DNA from: a virus
Virus record (IMG/VR): IMGVR_UViG_3300037521_000345
Span: 1-64,000 of that record
Direction: 5' to 3' (one strand)
Length of the DNA stretch: 64,000 nt
The notes below the pieces were generated by a model. The model saw only the letters and a program-made list of their open reading frames with translations, was not told the DNA's origin and made no database searches. Positions within the stretch are counted from its first letter, which is position 1; the number at the start of each line of letters is the position of its first letter. The position numbers were made by a program, and so were the translations under genes. Shown in pieces: positions 56,247 through 64,000 of the stretch.

Positions 56247-57650
56247 ATGAATATTATTAAAAGATCTGGTTTACTCATTCCAAAAAAATATAAACAACAT
56301 CAATTTTATCGAATGATTGTAAACCATCTTATAAGAAGAATAAAGAATTTTCAAAATTCTACCTATGATACAAATATTTTTTATTTAGAATCAGATGACT
56401 ATTTAATGATACCAAGATGTTTTCCTATCAAAGATTATATATCTAATATTCAAATAGAGGATATAAGACATGAGGGAGCAGATATTAAAATTGAACATAA
56501 CATTGTTCCAAGAAGTGAAGCACAAAAAAGAGCAATGGCACAAATGCTAAATTCTGAAAATTGTATTCTTCAATTATCTCCTGGTGTTGGTAAAACTGTT
56601 GTTTCAATCCATACTATTGCAGTCAGAAAAAAGAAAAGTTTTATTTTAGTTCATAGAGATGCATTAGCAGAACAATGGCAAAAAAGAATAAAATCATTTA
56701 CTAATCTTGAAGATGAAGAAGTTGCAAGACTAACATCAGCAACCTTTGAAAAAGATTTAGATAAATCAATAATTGTTGCTACAACACAAACATTTATATC
56801 TCTTTTAAAAAGAAATAGAACTAAATTTTTAACAGCACTGAATGAAGCAAATATTGGAATCTTTATTGCTGATGAGGTTCATACATCAGTTGGAGCTCCA
56901 ACATTTTCAGAATGTTCTATCCATATGCCATCAAAATATGCATATGGATTAAGTGCTACTCCATATAGATATGATGGTAATGGAGATATAATTGAATATC
57001 ACTTGGGAGAAATCTTTTCTGATGATGATATAGAAGGGACTATGGGCGCAAAAGTAACTGCTATACTACTTGATTATCAAATTGATACTCCCAAAAGATA
57101 TACTTATATTAGATGGGGTGGTGATTTTCAAAGAGCAAGATATTTTAATTTAATGAAAAAATCTGAAACATTTATGAGAGTTATAAAAGGATTATTAATA
57201 AAATTAAAAGAAAATAGAGATTTAATATGTATCTCGGAACGAATTAAATTGATTGAAGAACTTTATAACTGGTTACCATCAGAAAGTAAATCAAAATTTT
57301 GTGGATCAGCTAAATTAGATCAGTTAGAATATAAAATGACATTTGCAACACCAGGTAAGTGTAGAGATGGCATTGATGTTCCACAAAAAGATTGTGTTAT
57401 TATGACTTCACCAATTACAAATATTGAGCAATTGACTGGCAGAGTTACCAGAAATCATCCAAATAAAAAGACTCCAATAATAATTGATATGATAGATTAT
57501 GGTTGTAGAGAAATGTCAAGGACAATGCACAATCGAATTAAATTTTATGATAAAAAGGGGTGGCCAGTTCAATTTCTTCTAGCAACAAAGGATAAAATAA
57601 TTCAACTAGATCAAGAACGTGCATATGAAATTATCAATGGAAAAGTATAA
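56247..57650 (+). CDS. SF2 DNA helicase (UvsW-like)
   Basis: PGVGKT, DEVH, GLSATP, GIDVP, QLTGRVTR. Confidence 0.88.
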   Translation: MNIIKRSGLLIPKKYKQHQFYRMIVNHLIRRIKNFQNSTYDTNIFYLESDDYLMIPRCFPIKDYISNIQIEDIRHEGADIKIEHNIVPRSEAQKRAMAQMLNSENCILQLSPGVGKTVVSIHTIAVRKKKSFILVHRDALAEQWQKRIKSFTNLEDEEVARLTSATFEKDLDKSIIVATTQTFISLLKRNRTKFLTALNEANIGIFIADEVHTSVGAPTFSECSIHMPSKYAYGLSATPYRYDGNGDIIEYHLGEIFSDDDIEGTMGAKVTAILLDYQIDTPKRYTYIRWGGDFQRARYFNLMKKSETFMRVIKGLLIKLKENRDLICISERIKLIEELYNWLPSESKSKFCGSAKLDQLEYKMTFATPGKCRDGIDVPQKDCVIMTSPITNIEQLTGRVTRNHPNKKTPIIIDMIDYGCREMSRTMHNRIKFYDKKGWPVQFLLATKDKIIQLDQERAYEIINGKV

Positions 57651-57949
57651 TGAGAATCAAAATAGATTTTACAACCAATAGTTCATCAGCTTCTTTTATG
57701 ATACCAAAGTCATGTTTAACTGAACAACAGATGATGATGATAAGAGATCATATTGAAACAGCTCTTTATCTGATGAAAAAGGATGACTCATATAAGTTTA
57801 GTTATGTTAATGAACGTACAGGATGGACAATATTTGAATCAAAGCATTCAATTCAGGGTTCAACGTCAATGGATAATTTTGATATGTTTGAATTTTTAAT
57901 TGCTATAGGAGTGGAGGGTCCAGAGATTCATTATGAAAAATGCGGTTGA
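57650..57949 (+). CDS. hypothetical protein (DFxTNSSS family)
   Basis: MRIKIDFTTNSSSASF start. Confidence 0.7.
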   Translation: MRIKIDFTTNSSSASFMIPKSCLTEQQMMMIRDHIETALYLMKKDDSYKFSYVNERTGWTIFESKHSIQGSTSMDNFDMFEFLIAIGVEGPEIHYEKCG

Positions 57950-58124
57950 TATAGAGAAAGGACCAATACAATACATTTATTATATGACTCAATTAGAAGA
58001 TAGTCCTTGTCAAATATGTTTAGTTCAAGCATTATGTTCTAAATCATTTCTTGACAATAGCGCATGTGATTTATTTACTGAATTTATTGAAAAGAAAGAA
58101 AAAGACGTAATGGAGAAAGAATGA
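57933..58124 (+). CDS. small Cys-rich protein, paralog of next gene
   Basis: DSPCQICLVQALCSKS....AC. Confidence 0.65.
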   Translation: MKNAVDIEKGPIQYIYYMTQLEDSPCQICLVQALCSKSFLDNSACDLFTEFIEKKEKDVMEKE

Positions 58125-58345
58125 AATTAACCGATGAAGGACCAATACAATTTATCCGTGAAAAACAATCAATGTATTTTTACTATTATATGACAAAGCT
58201 AACCGATAGTCCTTGTCAGATATGTATTGTTCAACTAATGTGTTCTAAATCAGTTTTTAAAGATACCGCATGTAATTTATTTGTAGAATTTATCAACAAG
58301 AAAGAAAAGGAAGTAGAAAAAGAGGGTATATGGATTTATACATGA
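58121..58345 (+). CDS. small Cys-rich protein, paralog of previous gene
   Basis: DSPCQICIVQLMCSKS....AC. Confidence 0.65.
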   Translation: MKLTDEGPIQFIREKQSMYFYYYMTKLTDSPCQICIVQLMCSKSVFKDTACNLFVEFINKKEKEVEKEGIWIYT

Positions 58346-58366
58346 GAAAGAAAAAATGGAGGAAAA

Positions 58367-58708
58367 ATGAGTAGTCATGCAATAACATATACAGTTTGTA
58401 TTCCTCATAATTTTCATCCTAGTCGTGGAGAAGCAATACAAATAAATAATGATACATCGTTTCATGATATAGGAATTTCAAATAAAGAACTCTTTCCAAA
58501 GATGCTTGAATATATAAAAATTCTGAAGGAGGGAGGTCATATTTGGTATTATGGAGAACATGGTATCAATCCACAATTATTTCATATTATAGTTAAGATA
58601 TGTTATCGCTATAAATATATTTTATCAGAGATAGACAATGGAGGAACTGATATTATACAAGGAGTATTACCCAAAGTTTTAAAGAGAATATTAGAAGAGG
58701 AGATATAA
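58367..58708 (+). CDS. hypothetical protein
   Basis: 113 aa, GGAGG SD. Confidence 0.65.
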   Translation: MSSHAITYTVCIPHNFHPSRGEAIQINNDTSFHDIGISNKELFPKMLEYIKILKEGGHIWYYGEHGINPQLFHIIVKICYRYKYILSEIDNGGTDIIQGVLPKVLKRILEEEI

Positions 58709-59728
58709 ATGAAATTTGCAATTACAGCAGATATACATCTATCAAGATATGGGCAAGATCCAATTAATCACGAATCAGGTCTACCAGAAAGACTACACGG
58801 AATAGTTCATGCTTTAGATTCAATGGTTACGCATTGTTTAGAAAATGATATTTCTACTTTAGTAATTGGTGGTGATATACTTCACGGTAAGTCAATCATT
58901 TATGCATTAGCTCAAAATATAATGCTTGAGTTTTTTAATGAATATAAAAATATGAATTTTTGGGTTATTGATGGAAACCATGATTTATCTGGAAAGGGCG
59001 ATGACGCTGTTTCTGCATTAAGATCATTGAAAAGTGTTCCAAATGTTGAATGGGTAACTAAAGAACCAAAGAGACAAGACAATATATTATTTATTCCTTA
59101 TTCTACAAAGGTTGCTGATCAAGTTAAACATCGTTCAGCAGATATTTTAATATCTCATTTTGGACTTAGTGAAGGCATATTAAATTCAGGAATAAGTATT
59201 GTTTCAAAGATTAATATGACTGATTTAAGATCGAGATACAAACTTGCTCTATTGGGTCATTATCATAAACCACAAGAAATAATTGAAAAAGATGTTTCAA
59301 TGTATTATGTAGGATCACCAACTCAATTAGATTGGGGAGAGAAAGGAGATAAAAAAAGATTTTTAATCGTTGATACAGATACATTAAAAGTAGAATCAGT
59401 TTTAACAAAAGGTTATAAAAAATTTATTGAAGTCGAATTGACATCTAAAAATAAAGAAGAAGCTATGAAGATGGCAAAGGATGCATATGATAGAGGAGAT
59501 TATATTAAAGTTTTACAAACAGAAAAGGTTGATATTTCAGGATTTGAAGATTATAATGTTATTGATAAAACTGAAACTGATGTGACTGATAGGGGCATTA
59601 CAAGTACAATGTCTCAAAAAGAAAAATTAGAAAGATATCTTGAAATAAAAGAAATTCCAGAAAATCAAATACAAGAATATTTAGAAATAGGACTTCAAAT
59701 AATTGATGCTTGTGAGGTGAATCAATGA
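58709..59728 (+). CDS. sbcD: Mre11/SbcD-like nuclease (gp47-like)
   Basis: ADIH, GGD, GNHD, SH, GHYH metallophosphoesterase motifs. Confidence 0.88.
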   Translation: MKFAITADIHLSRYGQDPINHESGLPERLHGIVHALDSMVTHCLENDISTLVIGGDILHGKSIIYALAQNIMLEFFNEYKNMNFWVIDGNHDLSGKGDDAVSALRSLKSVPNVEWVTKEPKRQDNILFIPYSTKVADQVKHRSADILISHFGLSEGILNSGISIVSKINMTDLRSRYKLALLGHYHKPQEIIEKDVSMYYVGSPTQLDWGEKGDKKRFLIVDTDTLKVESVLTKGYKKFIEVELTSKNKEEAMKMAKDAYDRGDYIKVLQTEKVDISGFEDYNVIDKTETDVTDRGITSTMSQKEKLERYLEIKEIPENQIQEYLEIGLQIIDACEVNQ

Positions 59729-61920
59729 GAGAAATAGACCTTTATGAAGTTGGAATGGAGAATTATGGACCATATATTGATCCAATGATTCTACCATTTA
59801 AAAATGATAACATTACATTATTAACAGGACCCAATGGTGTTGGTAAAACAATGGCACTAGATGCAATACCTTTTACATTATTTGGAATAACTAGCAAGGG
59901 ATTAAAAGGAGATGACGTTATTAATAACGTTGTTGAAAAAAATTGTTATACTTGGGTTAAGTTTATTCTTAATAGTGATAAATACTTTGTTAAAAGATAC
60001 CAAGGATATTCAAAATTTGGAGGTAATAATGTTGTATTGAATAAAAATGGTATTGATATTAAATCAGGTTCTAAAGAAGTTATTCCAGAAATTGAAAGAC
60101 TGTGGTGCTCTCAAAGAAGTTTTATGAATACTTTGATGTTTGGACAGAAAGTAAAAGACTTCTTTACAGATTTAACTGACTCAAAACAAAAAGAGATATT
60201 TAGAAAGCTACTGGGTCTTGATAATTATGTTGACTATTATAAACAAGCAGACTCTGTGATGAAGATAATATTTAAAGCTCTTCAAGACTGGATCCAAGAG
60301 ATTGCAATTAATCAAGGATTAATTGGAGAAACAAATGATAGAATAGAAGAATTGAAAAAAGTAAAAATTCAATATGAAGTTGATAAATTAAATAGAATGA
60401 AAGAGCTTGATAGATCGCTTGCACAGTGTAATCGTATTATTAGAGTCTGGAAAGATAATATATCCAAACTAAAATTAAAGGAATTTGATTCATCTACAAT
60501 TCAAATAAAAATAGCTAGTTTACAAAAATCTTTTGATAACACTCAAAAAGAAAAAGAACGTGAAGAAGGTGAATTAAAAACTAAAAAAGAACTTAAAAAA
60601 TATGAGTTATCGAGTCAAGCATCTAAAAAAAATAAAGAATTTATTGATGAATATAATAAATTGAAAGACGAAAAAGCAGTTAAGTGGAGAAAAGATGAAA
60701 CAAAAATAGATAAATATATTAAATTATTAATAGAAGATAAACATAGACTTCAATTAAATACCCAAGTAGTTGAAGGAAGTAAAAATCAAGTTTTAACATT
60801 TATTGATAAAATTAATAAAAGTGTATTTGAAGCAGAAATATCATCTTGTCCAGTTTGTCTTCAAGAAATCACAGAGGATGTTAAAACGCATCTTGAAGGT
60901 GAAATTAAAAAATGTAAAACTGATATAGCAGACCGTAATGAAAGTATAAAGATATTAAATAATGATGTTTTATTATTAGATTTAAAAATAACTGATGAAC
61001 GAAAAAAGAAAAATACTATTAATATTACTTATGATGTTGAATTTAAAGCATTGAAGAAAACGTATGAAGAATACATTGAAAATATAAAGAACAGACTTGA
61101 AGATGTTCTTAAAAAAGTTGAAAATGCTGCAACTGAACAATTAAAAATTCTTCAAACTAAAACAGCTGAACATATTGAACAGTTGACTAAAACTATAAAG
61201 GAATGTCAAGAGAAAAAATTAGAGATTGATGAAGTTAAAGAAGAAATTGATTCAGCTGAAGAATCATTAAAAGGAGCAGAAAATGGAGAGGTATTTGTTT
61301 TAAGAGAAATAAAACAATTAGAAGAGGATGAATATGATGAAACGCAATTAAATGGTTATAAGGGTAGAGTAATTGAATTTCAAAAAGAAATTGATTCAAT
61401 TATTAAGATATCTTCAGAAGCAAAAAGAAGATATGATATTAATGAATTTTGGAAAGCAGCTTATTCACCAACTGGTATTCCATCAACATTGATTGATGAA
61501 GCTATACCATTTATGAATAAAAGAGTGGGTGAGTATTTAGATCAAATGTCAAATGGTCGATACATTGTTTCATTTGATACACAGGATACAATTAAGTCAG
61601 GAGAAATGAGAGATAAAATTTCAGTCAGAGTTTTAGATACTCACACAAGAGCAAATAAAAGAAAACAATTATCAGGTGGTCAAACAAGATTGGTTGATAT
61701 TGCAACAGTATTAACTCTTGGTGATTTACAATCAAAGAATTTAGGAATGAAAGTAAATCTATTAATATTTGATGAAATCTTTGATAGTTTGGATATTCAG
61801 AATATTGATTATGTTTCTAAAGTATTGACAAGATTGAAAAAAGGAAAATCAATATATTTAATTTCTCATACCCATCAAGATCAATTAGAAGCAGATGAAG
61901 TGCTTGAGTTTAAAGCATAA
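59725..61920 (+). CDS. sbcC: Rad50/SbcC-like ATPase (gp46-like)
   Basis: GPNGVGKT, coiled coil, CPVC zinc hook, LSGGQ, FDEIFDSLD, ISH. Confidence 0.9.
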   Translation: MREIDLYEVGMENYGPYIDPMILPFKNDNITLLTGPNGVGKTMALDAIPFTLFGITSKGLKGDDVINNVVEKNCYTWVKFILNSDKYFVKRYQGYSKFGGNNVVLNKNGIDIKSGSKEVIPEIERLWCSQRSFMNTLMFGQKVKDFFTDLTDSKQKEIFRKLLGLDNYVDYYKQADSVMKIIFKALQDWIQEIAINQGLIGETNDRIEELKKVKIQYEVDKLNRMKELDRSLAQCNRIIRVWKDNISKLKLKEFDSSTIQIKIASLQKSFDNTQKEKEREEGELKTKKELKKYELSSQASKKNKEFIDEYNKLKDEKAVKWRKDETKIDKYIKLLIEDKHRLQLNTQVVEGSKNQVLTFIDKINKSVFEAEISSCPVCLQEITEDVKTHLEGEIKKCKTDIADRNESIKILNNDVLLLDLKITDERKKKNTINITYDVEFKALKKTYEEYIENIKNRLEDVLKKVENAATEQLKILQTKTAEHIEQLTKTIKECQEKKLEIDEVKEEIDSAEESLKGAENGEVFVLREIKQLEEDEYDETQLNGYKGRVIEFQKEIDSIIKISSEAKRRYDINEFWKAAYSPTGIPSTLIDEAIPFMNKRVGEYLDQMSNGRYIVSFDTQDTIKSGEMRDKISVRVLDTHTRANKRKQLSGGQTRLVDIATVLTLGDLQSKNLGMKVNLLIFDEIFDSLDIQNIDYVSKVLTRLKKGKSIYLISHTHQDQLEADEVLEFKA

Positions 61921-61929
61921 GGAGGTTAA

Positions 61930-62952
61930 ATGATAAGACTAGTAAATTGGCTGCTCACTCGTAGATGTAATCTCAAATGTGAGTATTGCTCAATTACAAA
62001 AAATTATTCTGACATACCAAAAGAATATCCCAATATGGATCATTATATAAAAAATGAAATGACCACAGAGTATGTTTTAAAAGGATTGGAAAGACTTAAT
62101 AAACATAATCCAGATTGTTTTCATATCTTTTATGGAGGTGAACCACTTTTAAGAAAAGATTTATCACAAATTATTAATTACTGTAATGAAAATGATATTC
62201 ACTACACAATAATATCAAACAATACAGATCAGATTCGTCCACTAATTGATAAATTATTTGAAGAAGTTGATTATATTCAAGGATTTACTGCATCTGTTGA
62301 TCCATCCTTTAATGAGAAAAATACAGATGATAGAATAGTTAAAAGTGCAGCAGGATTTGTAAATCTATTAAGATTAAAAGATCGTGTTAAAGATCTTGTT
62401 GCTGAAATAACTGTTATGAAACATAATGTAAAATATTTATATGAACTTGTTGGGGCATTAACAGTAAGTGGTATAAGTAGTGATATAACATTTATTGATA
62501 TAGCAAAAAGTCCATATTATGATTTCTCGAATATGAGTGATAAAAATTTATTAGTTGAACAGAGTGATGAAGTATCTAAAATATTTCAACGATTGATTAA
62601 TAGTGATTTTGATATTCATATGAAAAATGTTCTACTTCCAATGATTTATAAAATACTTCCATCGAATTTAGATTGTGAATTAGAAAAAGGAGTTCATAAT
62701 ATTACCGTTGATGCAGATGGAACTATTAGATTATGTTTGAGAATAAGAGGTACTCATGCTCCAAAGTTAGTTAAGATACCAAATTTGATTAATGATAATG
62801 ATAAGGTATCATTTATTGCTGAAAAGGCAATTGCAAAAGATAAAGAGATTTATTGTTTGGGATGTAATCATACATGCTTATTAATGAGTATGTATATTGA
62901 TAAAACAGATCGAGGAAGTGAGGATTTAATTCACGTCAATAGGAGGGAATAA
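61930..62952 (+). CDS. radical SAM protein
   Basis: CNLKCEYC, GGEPLL, C-terminal Cys cluster. Confidence 0.85.
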   Translation: MIRLVNWLLTRRCNLKCEYCSITKNYSDIPKEYPNMDHYIKNEMTTEYVLKGLERLNKHNPDCFHIFYGGEPLLRKDLSQIINYCNENDIHYTIISNNTDQIRPLIDKLFEEVDYIQGFTASVDPSFNEKNTDDRIVKSAAGFVNLLRLKDRVKDLVAEITVMKHNVKYLYELVGALTVSGISSDITFIDIAKSPYYDFSNMSDKNLLVEQSDEVSKIFQRLINSDFDIHMKNVLLPMIYKILPSNLDCELEKGVHNITVDADGTIRLCLRIRGTHAPKLVKIPNLINDNDKVSFIAEKAIAKDKEIYCLGCNHTCLLMSMYIDKTDRGSEDLIHVNRRE

Positions 62953-62954
62953 AA

Positions 62955-63278
62955 ATGGCAGTAGAAGAACTTATTAGAAATGCTGTAAAATTTTGGGAGA
63001 CTTTATATGATGCTGGAGAAGCTACAGTTAGATTTACTAAAAAAAGTGGTGAAGCAAGAAATATGAAATGCACTTTAGATTTTAATAAAATTCCACAGAG
63101 ACATCATCCTAAGACTGTTAATCTGCCAAAAATATTAAAACTGATGCAGAAGAGCGGAATAATCCATGTTTATGATTTAGATAAAGAAGATTGGAGATCA
63201 GTTCCTTTTGAAAGAGTTGATTGGATAGAGACACCAGATCAAAGATTTAAAGTCGTACCATTCAAAAATAGGAGTTAG
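62955..63278 (+). CDS. SH3/Sm-like fold protein (WYL_2/DUF2693-like)
   Basis: VRFTKKSGEARNMKCTL...VYDLDKEDWRS. Confidence 0.65.
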   Translation: MAVEELIRNAVKFWETLYDAGEATVRFTKKSGEARNMKCTLDFNKIPQRHHPKTVNLPKILKLMQKSGIIHVYDLDKEDWRSVPFERVDWIETPDQRFKVVPFKNRS

Positions 63279-63280
63279 AT

Positions 63281-63661
63281 ATGGGAGAAATTATAGAAGA
63301 ACTTTTAAAAAAAATTCCATCAAATGAAATTCTTGTACAGATTAGAGAAATCTGTAAAGAAATTTGGGAAGAAGAAAAAGAAGCAATTGAATATCATCAG
63401 GCATTACCAAAAGGAGCTAATATATTTCTTGCGATAAGAGTACCTTCTAAACATATAGGAGATATATCATTTCTAACAATTGAAAGAGATCCAATGGAAG
63501 AATATGTCTCAAGTTATTACTCAATCAAAATAAAGTATATTGAAAATATAGATCATCCTCAAATGCCAAGAAAATATCAATCTCATAAACTTGAAGGAAG
63601 ATCCGCAATAAAAATCTTAAGTGAATTTGCGAAACTTGTAAAATTTTATAGAGGGGAATAA
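63281..63661 (+). CDS. hypothetical protein
   Basis: 126 aa, AGGAG SD. Confidence 0.65.
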   Translation: MGEIIEELLKKIPSNEILVQIREICKEIWEEEKEAIEYHQALPKGANIFLAIRVPSKHIGDISFLTIERDPMEEYVSSYYSIKIKYIENIDHPQMPRKYQSHKLEGRSAIKILSEFAKLVKFYRGE

Positions 63662-63663
63662 TT

Positions 63664-64000
63664 ATGCAGCGTGTTAAAGATGATTTTGAAGATTATGATA
63701 TTCGTATAAATAGTAGTTTTGCTTCTTTATTACTTTCAAATTTACAAGAAATAGACTCAACAAAAGATCATAAAAAAGCAACACCAGTAAGACGACTAAA
63801 AGTATTACCAACAGAAGAATATCTTAAAAAATATTCAAAGCTAACATCATATGCTTCAACGATTCTCCCTCCTGGATGTAGATATGTTGAACCTCTTCCA
63901 AATGGTGGTAAAATATTTATTATTGAAGAACAACCACAATTTAGAACAATTGCAATGAATATAAAATTTGATATTATGTATGAAGAGATCAAAGCACAGA
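63664..64000 (+). CDS. hypothetical protein, partial (runs off window end)
   Basis: Open frame MQRVKDDFEDYDIRINSS... with GAGGGG SD. Confidence 0.65.
   Translation, partial: MQRVKDDFEDYDIRINSSFASLLLSNLQEIDSTKDHKKATPVRRLKVLPTEEYLKKYSKLTSYASTILPPGCRYVEPLPNGGKIFIIEEQPQFRTIAMNIKFDIMYEEIKAQ

Noticed and set aside
61930-62952. QueE assignment for the radical SAM gene
   Set aside because: Longer than typical QueE, has a C-terminal Cys cluster and lacks recognisable QueE-specific motifs; left as generic radical SAM.
1207-63992. Numerous short minus-strand and nested ORFs in the ORF track
   Set aside because: They lie antisense to or inside well-supported + strand genes, lack SD sequences and have no motifs; treated as shadow ORFs.
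1-64000. Stop-codon reassignment (alternative genetic code)
   Set aside because: Long conserved genes are intact and tightly packed under the standard code, and TAA, TGA and TAG all end genes.

Overview
AT-rich, gene-dense, almost entirely + strand segment of a large (jumbo-type) tailed phage genome, translated cleanly with the standard code. It holds a T4-like replication/recombination set: Dda-like and UvsW-like helicases, clamp loader, probable clamp, primase, 5'-3' exonuclease, RuvC, RecA/UvsX, Mre11/Rad50, type IIA topoisomerase A and B, and a class II RNR. It also holds myovirus neck/baseplate genes (gp13-, gp53-, gp5-, PAAR-like), peptidoglycan hydrolases, and its own unsplit beta'/beta RNA polymerase. 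Accessory genes (di-heme cytochrome c, desulforedoxin-like domain, ferritin-like protein, heptose kinase, KhpA, QueD, queuosine-salvage hydrolase) suggest an anaerobic Gram-negative host (inference). The standout feature is 41275-41904, an array of seven tandem stem-loop RNAs. Six share a conserved, covarying scaffold (outer stem, ACUUU-type internal loop, UGU(G/A) inner stem, mostly followed by YCAGA) around variable apical cargo, two of which are tRNA-like D/anticodon/T modules; the seventh keeps the geometry with a different sequence. The array follows a recurring phage promoter motif and directly precedes a Ro60/TROVE-like vWA protein and an ARPP/DUF6569-like protein, making it a candidate multi-RNA Y-RNA-like ribonucleoprotein system. 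Two more structured non-coding regions (29851-30082, 44665-44864) and two recurring intergenic motifs were found. All protein assignments come from motif recognition, not database searches.
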